The notes: generated by a model from the sequence alone, not told the origin. A stretch of 64,000 nt of DNA from an uncultured Solirubrobacteraceae bacterium (GCA_964588985.1 CAZPQW010000005.1:1-64000), one strand, 5' to 3'; counted from the stretch's first letter, positions 46,881 through 56,418 are shown. Numbers and translations are program-made.

Positions 46881-49550
46881 CTACTCGGCGGCCTCCTCGG
46901 CCAGCTCCACCTCGACCGCGGGCTCGTCCGACTCCTCCATCTCGACCAGCGCGATCGAGCCGGCCTCGCGCAGATCCCCCACCCCCAGCTCGAGCGCCGC
47001 CAGGCACTCGGCGCTGTTGCGCACCAGCACGCGTGCGACCGGCGCGCGCATCTTGCGTCGCGCCTCGGACTTGGCCTTGCGGACATCGCTCAGCACCGCC
47101 GCGGTCAGCGTCAGGGCCGTCTCCTCGCGCTCGCGCTCCGGGCTCGAGCCGGCCGTCTCCAGCTCGCCGGCGTCCGGCCACGGCGCGCGGTGCACCGAGC
47201 CCTCCTGCCACCACGACCACACCTCCTCGCACACGAACGGCAGGAACGGCGCGAACAGGCGCTGGAAGACCGAAAGCGACAGACGCAGCGCGAGGCTCAC
47301 CGACGCGCTCACCCCCGGATCGGGGTCGTAGCGGCGACCCTTCACGAGCTCCAGGTAGTAGTCGCAGTACCACCAGAAGAAGCTCTCCGCGCGCTCGAGC
47401 GCGCGTGCGTAGTCGTAGTCCTCGAAGCTCTTTGTCGCCTCCGCCGCGACGCCCGCCAGGCGCGCGATCAGCGCCCGGTCGAGCGGGTGCGTCAGCGCCT
47501 CGCCCTGCGGCGGCAGGTCCGCGAGCGCGAACTTCGACGCGTTCAGCAGCTTCACCGCCAGGCGCCGCCCGACCTTCATCTGCTGCGCGTCGAACGCCGT
47601 GTCGGTGCCAGGCCGGCCGTTCGCCGCCCAGTAGCGCACCGCGTCCGCGCCGTACTCCTCCAGCAGGTGCATCGGCGTGACCACGTTGCCCTTCGACTTG
47701 GACATCTTCTTGCGGTCCGGGTCCAGCACCCACCCCGAGATCGCCGCATTGGACCACGGCAGCTCGCCCTCATCCAGGTGCGAGCGCAGGATCGTCGAGA
47801 ACAGCCATGTGCGGATGATGTCGTGGGCCTGCGGGCGCACGTCCATCGGGAACACCTTCGCGAACAGCTCCGGATCCTCGCCCGCCTGCCCCGCGATCTG
47901 CGGCGTCAGCGAGGACGTCGCCCAGGTGTCCATCACGTCTGGGTCGCCCGCGAAGCCGCCCGGCTGCCCGCGCTGGGAGGGCTCGTAGCCTTCGGGGACG
48001 TCCGTCGAGGGGTCCACCGGCAGCTGCCCCTCGCGCGCGGGAAGCGGCTGCTCGTGGCGAACGTTGCCGTCAGCGTCGATCGGATACCAGATCGGGAAGG
48101 GCACGCCGAAGAAGCGCTGGCGGCTCACGCACCAGTCGCCCGTGAGGCCGTTTACCCAGTCCTCGAAGCGCGCGCGCATGTAGGGCGGGTGCCACTTCAG
48201 CTCCTGCCCGCGCGCGATCAGCTCGTCGCGGTGCTCGATCGTGCGGATGAACCACTGCCTGCTCGTGACGATCTCGACCGGCCGCTCGCCCTTCTCGAAG
48301 AACTTCACCGCGCGCGTCACCGGCTGGGGCTCGCCGATCAGCTCGCCCGACTCCTCCAGCAGCTCCACGATCCGCTTGCGCGCCTGGTTCACCGTCCGGC
48401 CCTCCAGCTCCGCGTAGCTCGCCCGCGCGCGCTCGAGGTCCTCCGACTCCCAGCCGGGCGCGCCCCACGGCGCCGCCACCAGGCGCCCGTCCGGGCCGAG
48501 CACCGAGCGCACCGGCAACGACAGCTCACGCCACCACGTCACGTCGGTGAGGTCGCCGAAGGTGCACACCATCACCAGGCCCGTGCCCTTGTCCTGCTCC
48601 ACCAGCGGGTGGGCGAGCACCGGCACGCGCGTGCCGAACAGCGGCGTCAGCGCCTCGCCGCCCACCAGGTCGCGGTGTCGAGGGTCGTCCGGGTGGGCGA
48701 GCAGCGCCACGCACGCGGGGATCAGCTCGGGGCGGGTCGTCTCGATCAATGCCTCGCCAGCTCCGCCGCCGGCCACGCCGAAGCGCACGCGGTGCATCGC
48801 GCCGGGGCGCTCGCGATCCTCGAGCTCCGCCTGCGCCACCGCGGTCTGGAAGTCCACGTCCCACAGCGTCGGCGCCTCCAGCTGGTAGGCGGCGTCGCGC
48901 TCGAGCAGGCCGAGGAACGATCTCTGCGAGATCCGCTGGGCGAGCCTGCCAATCGTGGTGTACGTCATCGACCAGTCGACCGACAGCCCCAGCGTGCGCC
49001 ACAGCGCCTCGAACGCCTGCTCGTCGCTCTCTGTCAGCTGGAGACACAGCTCCACGAAGTTCGGGCGCGACACAGACACCGGCTCCTTCTCCGACGGCGT
49101 GGGAAGGGCGGGCAGTCGATTCAAGAACTCGGCGTCATACGGAACGGACGGGTCGCAGCGCACGCCGAAGTGGTTCTGCACGCGGCGCTCGGTCGGCAGG
49201 CCGTTGTCGTCCCAACCCATCGGGTAGAAGACCTCCATGCCGCGCATCCGCTGGTAGCGAGCCACCGCGTCGGTGTGCGTGTAGGAGAACACGTGACCCA
49301 CGTGCAGAGAGCCGCTCACCGTCGGCGGCGGCGTGTCGATCGAGAACACCCGCTCGCGTGCGGCGCCGCGATCGAAGCGGTAGGTCCCGTCGCGCTCCCA
49401 CGCGGCGCTCCACTTCGCCTCCAGGCCGTCGAGCGTGGGGCGCTCGGGCACGCGCGCGTCGGATGGGTTCTGTGCGGGTTGCGTGGACAAGCCGCTGATC
49501 GTATCCGCCACCGCCGGAGGCGACTCGATTTCGCCGTTTAGGGTTGACAA
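46881..49550 (-). CDS. valS: Valine--tRNA ligase (type 2)
   Basis: DTPPPTVSGSLHVGH, DWCVSRQR, MDTW, KMSKSKGN; the start may lie up to ~100 nt downstream. Confidence 0.95.
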   Translation of the reverse strand: MSTLNGEIESPPAVADTISGLSTQPAQNPSDARVPERPTLDGLEAKWSAAWERDGTYRFDRGAARERVFSIDTPPPTVSGSLHVGHVFSYTHTDAVARYQRMRGMEVFYPMGWDDNGLPTERRVQNHFGVRCDPSVPYDAEFLNRLPALPTPSEKEPVSVSRPNFVELCLQLTESDEQAFEALWRTLGLSVDWSMTYTTIGRLAQRISQRSFLGLLERDAAYQLEAPTLWDVDFQTAVAQAELEDRERPGAMHRVRFGVAGGGAGEALIETTRPELIPACVALLAHPDDPRHRDLVGGEALTPLFGTRVPVLAHPLVEQDKGTGLVMVCTFGDLTDVTWWRELSLPVRSVLGPDGRLVAAPWGAPGWESEDLERARASYAELEGRTVNQARKRIVELLEESGELIGEPQPVTRAVKFFEKGERPVEIVTSRQWFIRTIEHRDELIARGQELKWHPPYMRARFEDWVNGLTGDWCVSRQRFFGVPFPIWYPIDADGNVRHEQPLPAREGQLPVDPSTDVPEGYEPSQRGQPGGFAGDPDVMDTWATSSLTPQIAGQAGEDPELFAKVFPMDVRPQAHDIIRTWLFSTILRSHLDEGELPWSNAAISGWVLDPDRKKMSKSKGNVVTPMHLLEEYGADAVRYWAANGRPGTDTAFDAQQMKVGRRLAVKLLNASKFALADLPPQGEALTHPLDRALIARLAGVAAEATKSFEDYDYARALERAESFFWWYCDYYLELVKGRRYDPDPGVSASVSLALRLSLSVFQRLFAPFLPFVCEEVWSWWQEGSVHRAPWPDAGELETAGSSPEREREETALTLTAAVLSDVRKAKSEARRKMRAPVARVLVRNSAECLAALELGVGDLREAGSIALVEMEESDEPAVEVELAEEAAE

Positions 49551-49711
49551 CAGTCTGCGCTCAGACCCCGTTGCATGGCAAAGCTTTCATGAGAATTCTC
49601 TTATTCGCGCGTATCCGACATTACATGGGGGTAGTCTGGCCCCGTCTGGGGAACAAGTACGGAGTCGCAAGGGAGAGCGGTGAGCGGGGGGATGGCGACT
49701 TGAGCGTGTTC

Positions 49712-50374
49712 ATGAAGAAGCTCCTCGCCGTTGGCGGGGCGGTCGTAGCCATCGGCGTTCTCATCGGCCTGTACGTGGCCGACTGGGCCACGACCCAGCC
49801 GACTGCCGTTGCCTCCTCCGTCGCGACACCGCCCAACAGCGGTGGAACACAGCTCACCCTGGAGACCGTCGCGGCGATCGGCCCCAAGTACGAGCCCTCG
49901 CACCCCGACTGGGTGTCCTACCTAGTGCGGAAGAACGGCCAGTGGGTCCACAGCACGATCTACACCGTGCCCGCCAACTCGATCGTCCACGTCACCGTCT
50001 ACCAGTACGACGGCGACAGCGGCCTGCGCAACCCGTTCCTCTCGCAGGTACAGGGAACGGTCGGCGGGACCGAGGTCGTGGACGGCAAGACGATCAACTC
50101 GATCGACCCCGAAGAAGCGTCCCACACCTTCGTAATCCCCGATCTCGGTGTGTTCGTCCCGCTTCCGGGCGTCGCCGAAGAAGCCAAGAACCAGTGCGAA
50201 TTCGCGCCCTGCGAAGGCGCCGCGCATCGCACGATCGAATTCAGCTTCAAAACGGGCAAGAAGGGCCGCTACCGCTGGCAGTGCTTCGTCCCGTGCGCCG
50301 CCGGCTACCTCGACGGCTTCGGCGGCCCGATGCAGACGCTGGGATACATGGACGGCTTCATCAATGTCGTCTAG
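49712..50374 (+). CDS. Membrane-anchored cupredoxin-like protein with a variant CuA-type motif
   Basis: N-terminal TM; SHTF...GRYRWQCFVPC...GGPMQTLGYM; first gene of the oxidase operon; ATG 49712. Confidence 0.7.
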   Translation: MKKLLAVGGAVVAIGVLIGLYVADWATTQPTAVASSVATPPNSGGTQLTLETVAAIGPKYEPSHPDWVSYLVRKNGQWVHSTIYTVPANSIVHVTVYQYDGDSGLRNPFLSQVQGTVGGTEVVDGKTINSIDPEEASHTFVIPDLGVFVPLPGVAEEAKNQCEFAPCEGAAHRTIEFSFKTGKKGRYRWQCFVPCAAGYLDGFGGPMQTLGYMDGFINVV

Positions 50375-51227
50375 ACCCGTCTCCTCTGGCCAGCTGCCCG
50401 GCGAACCGAACCACGCACGGCGCTTCACCACGATCTGGCTGATCGCGACGCTGATCGCCCTGCCGCTGGTGATCTTCGTGCTCGGGCCCGAACTGCCGCC
50501 GGGCAACGCCAGCCAGCAGGCCGCCGGCAAGGTCACCGACAACACGGTGCTGCTCGCGATGGCCACGCCCGTGCTGCTGCTCGTGACGATCTACCTGATC
50601 TACGCGGTGATCGCCTTCCGCCAGCCCGCCGGCGGCGCGCTCGAAGGACCCGCCGTGCGCGGCGACTCGCGCATCCAGACGGCGTGGATCGTGATCACCT
50701 CGGCGCTCGTGCTCTCACTCGCCGCCTACGGCACCGTGCGACTGGAGGCCGACAACGGCGCCGGCTCGGGCAACGGGCCGAAACCGCTGACCGTGCCAAG
50801 CGGCCCCAAGCTGCCGGTGCAGGTGATCGCGCAGCAGTGGGCGTTCACCTACCGCTACCCCACCTACGGCGGCGTCGAGACCACGCACCTGTACCTGCCC
50901 GACAACGAGACGATCGAACTGCACGTCACCTCGATCGACGTGATCCACTCCTTCTGGGCCTACCAGCTCGGCGTCAAGGCCGACGCGAACCCCGACGTCG
51001 ACAACGTCGCGTTCGTCAAGCCCACCAAGCTCGGCGCCTTCGACGTGCGCTGCGCCGAGCTGTGCGGCATCTGGCACGGCTACATGTACGACAAAGGCCA
51101 CGTCGTCACGCCGAGCGAATTCGCAACGTGGATCGCCCAGCAGCAGAAGCAGATGGCGCCCGCGACGAAGGTCCTGCCCCCGTACAGCACCACCTACCTC
51201 CCCGAACCGACGAGGCGCGCAGAATGA
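50364..51227 (+). CDS. ctaC: Cytochrome c oxidase subunit II
   Basis: QQWAF, DVIHSFW, CAELCGIWHGYM (complete CuA); no CxxCH; ATG 50364. Confidence 0.92.
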   Translation: MSSRPVSSGQLPGEPNHARRFTTIWLIATLIALPLVIFVLGPELPPGNASQQAAGKVTDNTVLLAMATPVLLLVTIYLIYAVIAFRQPAGGALEGPAVRGDSRIQTAWIVITSALVLSLAAYGTVRLEADNGAGSGNGPKPLTVPSGPKLPVQVIAQQWAFTYRYPTYGGVETTHLYLPDNETIELHVTSIDVIHSFWAYQLGVKADANPDVDNVAFVKPTKLGAFDVRCAELCGIWHGYMYDKGHVVTPSEFATWIAQQQKQMAPATKVLPPYSTTYLPEPTRRAE

Positions 51228-53128
51228 GCACGACCGCAGCGGCCGCATCCGCCCCCCAGCCCACCGGCAGGCCGCTGTGGCGGCGGCTGATCGGCTTCAA
51301 CCTGCTCACCGCGGTGATCCTCGGCGTCGCCGGCTACTACGTCGGCGCGCTCATCGGCCACACGATCGACGGCGGAAAAAGCTTCGAATACCAGGCGGCG
51401 ACCGACGAGTACGACCTCGCGCTGCTGCTCGGCTACTTCGGCGGCGTGGTCGGCTTCCTGATCGGCCTCGGCTTCGCCAACTACCCGATCTCGCGGATGC
51501 TCGGGCGCCCAGCGTCGCTACGCGAGAAGGAGGAGCAGGGCATCGGGCGCTACTTCGGCCTGTGCACCGACCACAAGGTCGTCGGCATCCAGTACCTCGT
51601 CGGCATCGGCGTGTTCTTCTTCGTCGGCGGCCTCAACGCGATGCTGATCCGCACCGAGCTGCTGCACCCCGTCCCCACGTTCGTCGGACCCAACCAGTAC
51701 CTGTCGATCGTCGGCATGCACGGCACGATGATGATGGGAATGATGACCTCGGGCATCCTCGGCCCGTTCGCCAACTACTTCGTGCCGATCATGATCGGCG
51801 CCCGGCGGATGGCCTTCCCCCGCATCGAGGCGCTCACGTTCTGGCTGCTGATGGCCGCCGGCTTCATTCTCACCTCGACGATCTTCTTCGGCGGCTTCCC
51901 CACCGGCTGGACGGGCTACGCGCCGCTCAACAACGAGGCCGTCATGGGGATGGACTCCTACATCTGCTTCTTCGCGCTCGTCGGTCTCTCGATGGCGCTG
52001 CTCGGCCTGAACATGATGGCCACGATCATCACGATGCGCGCACCGGGGCTCACCTGGTCACGGCTGCCGATCTTCGTGTGGTCGGTGTTCGCCACCTCCG
52101 TGCTGATGGTGCTCGCCGCGCCGATGCTCGTCGCCACGCTTTTGATGGCGGCGCTCGACCGCACGATCAACACCTCGTTCTTCATCGCCGGAGGCGGCGG
52201 CAGCTCCTACCTGTTCGAGAACCTGTTCTGGTTCTTTGGGCACCCCGAGGTCTACATCCTCGCGCTGCCGGGCTTCGGCATCGTGCTCGAGCTGCTGCCG
52301 GTGTTCACGCGCAAGCCTCTGTGGGGCTACCGCCTCGCCGTCTCGGGGATGCTCGGCGTCAGCCTGATGAGCTTCTTCGTGTGGCAGCACCACCTGTTCG
52401 TGAGCGGCATCAACGCCGACCTGCGCCCGTTCTACATGCTCTCAACCGAGATCATCTCGATCCCCACCGGGTTCATCTTCATGTGCGTCATGGGCACGCT
52501 GTGGAAGGCGCGAACATCATTCACCGTGCCGATGATGTTCGTCCTCGCGTGGACGTTCAACTTCCTCATCGGCGGGCTCTCCGGCGTGTTCCTCTCCGAC
52601 ACGCCCAGCGACACCGACACGCACGGCAGCTTCTTCGTGATGGCGCACTTCCACTACACGATCATGGGTGGGCTGATCTTCGCGTTCTTCGCCGGGATCT
52701 ACTACTGGGTGCCGAAGATGCTCGGCCTGCGCCTCAACGAGAAACTCGGCAAGGTGCACTTCTGGCTGATGTTCGTCGCGTTCAACTCCACGTTCATGCC
52801 GCTGTTCGCGCTCGGCATGGAGGGCATGCCCCGGCGCGTGAGCACCTACTCCCCGGCGCTGCAGACGCTCAACGTGTGGGTGTCGATCTCCGCGTTCGTG
52901 CTCGGGCTCTCGATGCTGATCTTCCTCTACAACGTCGTCTACTCGCTGATCTTCGTGCGCAAGGCCGCCACGGCCAACCCGTGGAACTCGAAGGCGATGG
53001 AGTGGCAGGTGCCGACCCCGGTGCCGGTCAACAACTTCGAGCAGATCCCCGTGTTCGACTCCGATCCCTACGACTACGGGATCCCGATCTCCGTGGGCGC
53101 CGGCCAGCCGGCCGCGGCGGGAGCGTAG
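51224..53128 (+). CDS. ctaD: Cytochrome c oxidase subunit I (A1 type) with N-terminal TM extension
   Basis: TDHKVVG, HGT, FWFFGHPEVY, WQHH, AHFHY, GMPRR; ATG 51224. Confidence 0.95.
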   Translation: MSTTAAAASAPQPTGRPLWRRLIGFNLLTAVILGVAGYYVGALIGHTIDGGKSFEYQAATDEYDLALLLGYFGGVVGFLIGLGFANYPISRMLGRPASLREKEEQGIGRYFGLCTDHKVVGIQYLVGIGVFFFVGGLNAMLIRTELLHPVPTFVGPNQYLSIVGMHGTMMMGMMTSGILGPFANYFVPIMIGARRMAFPRIEALTFWLLMAAGFILTSTIFFGGFPTGWTGYAPLNNEAVMGMDSYICFFALVGLSMALLGLNMMATIITMRAPGLTWSRLPIFVWSVFATSVLMVLAAPMLVATLLMAALDRTINTSFFIAGGGGSSYLFENLFWFFGHPEVYILALPGFGIVLELLPVFTRKPLWGYRLAVSGMLGVSLMSFFVWQHHLFVSGINADLRPFYMLSTEIISIPTGFIFMCVMGTLWKARTSFTVPMMFVLAWTFNFLIGGLSGVFLSDTPSDTDTHGSFFVMAHFHYTIMGGLIFAFFAGIYYWVPKMLGLRLNEKLGKVHFWLMFVAFNSTFMPLFALGMEGMPRRVSTYSPALQTLNVWVSISAFVLGLSMLIFLYNVVYSLIFVRKAATANPWNSKAMEWQVPTPVPVNNFEQIPVFDSDPYDYGIPISVGAGQPAAAGA

Positions 53129-53132
53129 AGCG

Positions 53133-53798
53133 ATGGCCGCCCACGGCGAAGACCGCCCTCTCGGCATGATGATCCCGCCGGTGCCGGCCGGCACGGAGAT
53201 CCCGCCCGAGCCGCCGGACGTCGGCGCGCGCGCGCTCGCGGTCGCCTCGCGGCTGCTGTGCGGCGCCACCACGTTCTTCTTCCTCGCGTTCCTGTTCGCG
53301 TACTTCTACCTGCGCTCGATCAACGAGGACCACATGTGGCACCCCGCGCACGTCAACCCCAGCCAGGGGCTCGGCGCGGCGTTCATCGTGTGCGTCGTGC
53401 TCAGCGCGGCGCTCGCGATCGTCGCGAGCCGCGGGATGAAGGCCAAATCGCAGGGCTGGGTCACGCCGGGGATCGCGAGCGTCGTGCTCGGGCTGATCGC
53501 GGTGGCCCTGCAGTGCCTGGAGTACACCTCGCAGCACTTCGGGCCCACCAACGGCGCCTACGCGAGCGTGTTCTGCGCGTGGAGCGGCTTCTACCTGATC
53601 GCGGTGCTCGCCACGATGTACTGGCTCGAGACACAGGTGGCGACCGAGCTGCGGGCGCGCCGTTCACCCGCGAGCAAGGAGGGCGACATCAAGGACCCCG
53701 ACCGTCTGATCGCGCCGGGGCTCGACGCCGCCGTCTTCTACTGGGGCTTCCTCGCGGCGATCGGCGTCATCACTTACGTGACGCTGTACCTGCTGTAG
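53133..53798 (+). CDS. Heme-copper oxidase subunit III (short, divergent)
   Basis: FFLAFLFAYFYLR, GAYASVF, FYWGF; operon position. Confidence 0.78.
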   Translation: MAAHGEDRPLGMMIPPVPAGTEIPPEPPDVGARALAVASRLLCGATTFFFLAFLFAYFYLRSINEDHMWHPAHVNPSQGLGAAFIVCVVLSAALAIVASRGMKAKSQGWVTPGIASVVLGLIAVALQCLEYTSQHFGPTNGAYASVFCAWSGFYLIAVLATMYWLETQVATELRARRSPASKEGDIKDPDRLIAPGLDAAVFYWGFLAAIGVITYVTLYLL

Positions 53799-54673
53799 TG
53801 CTCGCGCCGGCGGCAGCCGCGCCGGGCTTCTGGGATTGGTCGCTGGATCCGCCGCTCGTGCTCGTCGTGGCGCTCGCGATCCTCTACTGGATCGGCGACC
53901 GGCGCACCGTCACGCCGGAGCGCACGCGGACCGCGCAGCGGTGGCGCAGCGCCTGCTTCTACACCGCCCTGGTCGCGCTCGCCGTCGCGCTCGCCTCCCC
54001 GATCGAGCCGCTGAGCGAGCAGCTCTTCTGGGTGCACATGATCCAGCACGTGCTGCTGCTCGCCGTCGCGGCGCCGCTGCTCGTCACCGCCCGCCCGTGG
54101 ATCCGCCTGTGGCGCAGCCTCCCGCTGGACGCGCGGCGGTGGCTCGCGCGCGGCCTCAGCGAGGGCCGGCGCACCTCGCCGTTGCGGGCGCTCAGCCGCG
54201 CGCTCGGGAGCCCGACAGCGGGCTTCGTGGCGTTCTCCGTCGTGCTGCTCGCGTGGCACCTGCCGTTCATGTTCGACGCCACGCTGCGCTTCGAAACGCT
54301 GCACGCGCTCGAGCACACGCTGTTCTTCTCAACCGCGGTGATGTTCTGGAAGCACGCGATCCCCTCCCCGCCGTTGCACACGCCACTCGTGGCCGTCCAG
54401 CGGGTGGTGTTCGCGATCGGAGGGATGATCGTCAGCTGGGTACTCGCGGTCGTGCTCGCGCTCGCCCCCAACCCGCTCTACGCCTCCTATGCCCATGAGG
54501 CGAGCCGCCCCGGCGGCATCTCCGCGCTCGCCGACCAGCAGTTGGCGGCGGGCATCATGTGGGTGCCCGGGTCGGTCACGTTCCTGATCGTCGTCTTCGT
54601 CTACGTCCACCGCTGGCTCACGCCGGATGCCCTGGGCAGCGCCAGGGGCACCCGACTGGCCAGCGAGCACTAA
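53798..54673 (+). CDS. ctaG: Cytochrome c oxidase assembly factor (Caa3_CtaG family)
   Basis: LFWVHMIQHVLLL..AAPLL, WH.P, H.LEH, DQQLAAGIMWVPG; GTG 53798. Confidence 0.88.
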   Translation: MLAPAAAAPGFWDWSLDPPLVLVVALAILYWIGDRRTVTPERTRTAQRWRSACFYTALVALAVALASPIEPLSEQLFWVHMIQHVLLLAVAAPLLVTARPWIRLWRSLPLDARRWLARGLSEGRRTSPLRALSRALGSPTAGFVAFSVVLLAWHLPFMFDATLRFETLHALEHTLFFSTAVMFWKHAIPSPPLHTPLVAVQRVVFAIGGMIVSWVLAVVLALAPNPLYASYAHEASRPGGISALADQQLAAGIMWVPGSVTFLIVVFVYVHRWLTPDALGSARGTRLASEH

Positions 54674-54687
54674 CTCCAGGAGGACTC

Positions 54688-54822
54688 ATGCCACACCTCA
54701 TTCCCATCGCAGCGAGCTTCCTCACCGGTTCGATCCTCACGCTCGTGATGCCGCTCGCGGTCGTGATCCTGATCGCCGTCTGGTACTACGCGATGTGGCG
54801 GAGCGGGATGGGCGAACGCTGA
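54688..54822 (+). CDS. Small (44 aa) single-TM protein closing the oxidase operon
   Basis: AGGAGG RBS before ATG 54688; MPHLIPIAASFLTGSILTLVMPLAVVILIAVWYYAMWRSGMGER. Confidence 0.65.
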   Translation: MPHLIPIAASFLTGSILTLVMPLAVVILIAVWYYAMWRSGMGER

Positions 54823-54823
54823 G

Positions 54824-55480
54824 CTACCCCGCCGCAAGCCGCGGCACGTCGTGCGCGATCTCACTCGGTTCGAACGAGTCGGGGTAGATCGTGGTGAGCT
54901 TCCCGCTCGCGCCGATGCCGTAGACGAGCGCGTCGTGGGCCACCAGCTGAGGCTGGCCGGCCTCGCGTTTGGAGCCGACGCTCCAGGCCTTCCACGTCCG
55001 TGCCAGTTCGGAGGCCGAGCCGATCAGGTACTGCATCCTGCCGACCATCTCGTGGGCGCGCACGAACCGCGCCACCGCCGCCGGCGTGTCTCCCCGCGGG
55101 TCGACCGACACCGCGATCACCTGCGCCTGCGAGGCCCGCTTGCCGAGCAGGTTCAGCGCGACGCGCAGGTTCGACGCGATCAGCGGGCACACGTCTGGGC
55201 AGTGGGCGTAGAGGAAGGTCACGAGCACCGCCCTGCCGCGGTACTCGGCGAGCGTGACCCGCTTTCCGAGGTAGTTGCGCAGGTCGATCGCCGGAGCCTG
55301 CTCGGCGGGGAGCGCGAGCGTCCCGTCGAAGCCACTCGCCGAAGCCGCCTGCTGTGCGCCGCCCGGCAGCACAGGCTTGTTGGCGGAGCCCTTGAAGAGC
55401 GCGAAGCTGAGCGCGGCGACGATTGCGAGCAGCAGCGCCAGTGCGGGCACTGCGCGCCGCCACGAGGGGGTTGAGCTCAT
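54824..55480 (-). CDS. SCO1/SenC copper chaperone
   Basis: TFLYAHCPDVCP (CxxxC), VSVDP, conserved His (VAHD), N-terminal TM. Confidence 0.9.
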   Translation of the reverse strand: MSSTPSWRRAVPALALLLAIVAALSFALFKGSANKPVLPGGAQQAASASGFDGTLALPAEQAPAIDLRNYLGKRVTLAEYRGRAVLVTFLYAHCPDVCPLIASNLRVALNLLGKRASQAQVIAVSVDPRGDTPAAVARFVRAHEMVGRMQYLIGSASELARTWKAWSVGSKREAGQPQLVAHDALVYGIGASGKLTTIYPDSFEPSEIAHDVPRLAAG

Positions 55481-55481
55481 G

Positions 55482-56144
55482 TCAGCTCATACTGACGTAA
55501 CCCGTCGCTTCGGTGGGGCCGCGCACGTTCGCCGCGACCTTGTTTTCGTAGTTGCCCTCGATCGTCGCGATCTGGCCGCTCGGCGTCACTTCCTTGACGA
55601 TCCCCACGTGCTGGTCGCCGAACACGATCAAATCGCCCGATTTCGGCACGACGCCGGGTGCGTTCGCGACCGCGCGGCCGCTGCTCTGCGCCCACGACCA
55701 GATCGCCGCGACCGAGCCGAGGCCCTGGCCGTTTTCGCCGATCGGCGTGCCCGCCTGGCTGGCCGCCCACGAGGCGAAGTAGGCGCACCACGGCTCTCCC
55801 GGGGCAGCTCCCGCCGTGGCCGTGCGGTACTGCGCGATCGCCGGCCCTTCGTTGGACCCGGGCGGCTGCTCGGTCTGGCCGAGCTGGCTTTCCGCGACCG
55901 CGACGATGCGGCTCGTGCCGCCGCCGGGGGTGTAGGCGAGGGATGGAACTCCCGTGGCCTGCTGAAGCGCGCTCGCGAACGACGTCGGGGTGCTCGCGGC
56001 GGCAGCGGTCGTGGTGGTGGCGCTCGTCGAGGGCGCTTCCACACCACCGCTCGGCGTGGTGCCCCTGCCGATCATCGAGGAGGGATCGGCGATCTCCTGC
56101 CTGATCGCGCCGACCCGCACCAGCGTGGATTCGATCGACATCAC
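55482..56144 (-). CDS. CHAP-domain peptidoglycan hydrolase, flagellum-associated
   Basis: PWCAYFASW, GDLIVF, HVGIV, IEGN; sigma-28-type promoter directly upstream. Confidence 0.85.
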   Translation of the reverse strand: MMSIESTLVRVGAIRQEIADPSSMIGRGTTPSGGVEAPSTSATTTTAAAASTPTSFASALQQATGVPSLAYTPGGGTSRIVAVAESQLGQTEQPPGSNEGPAIAQYRTATAGAAPGEPWCAYFASWAASQAGTPIGENGQGLGSVAAIWSWAQSSGRAVANAPGVVPKSGDLIVFGDQHVGIVKEVTPSGQIATIEGNYENKVAANVRGPTEATGYVSMS

Positions 56145-56149
56145 CCGGG

Positions 56150-56177
56150 TAATCGGCAGAAAGCGCCTGCGTTTGAG
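56150..56177 (-). promoter_or_regulatory. Sigma-28 (FliA/WhiG)-type promoter of the CHAP gene
   Basis: Minus strand CTCAAA-N14-GCCGATTA; same architecture as the flagellin promoter. Confidence 0.7.
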
Positions 56178-56203
56178 ATGGCCGCGGCACTGAGCTCGGA
56201 CGT

Positions 56204-56237
56204 TAAAGAGAGACGGGCGACCGTCGTCGCCCGTCTC
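56204..56237 (-). terminator. Intrinsic terminator downstream of flagellin
   Basis: 12-bp stem GAGACGGGCGAC/GTCGCCCGTCTC followed by TCTTT on the minus strand. Confidence 0.7.
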
Positions 56238-56418
56238 GAACCACCGTTCCCTCGATGAAGCGGCGGTATATGGCTCCCCGCGGCCCTTTCCCAGACCGTG
56301 GAAGCGTTTTGGACCCGCCTGGCCGCCAGCGGCCGACCACGAGGATCGACCAGCGAATCAGAAGGGCTTCACTGCAGCGGTGGCGTCCTCTACGCCACCG
56401 CTGAGGAAGTTCATTCGA

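Noticed and set aside
46512-49541. 1,009-aa plus-strand ORF antisense to valS
   Set aside because: Arg/His-rich shadow frame, typical of high-GC codon bias opposite a conserved gene; no recognisable motifs.
49450-49711. T-box leader for valS
   Set aside because: No T-box consensus or terminator/antiterminator seen; the region is a short divergent promoter.
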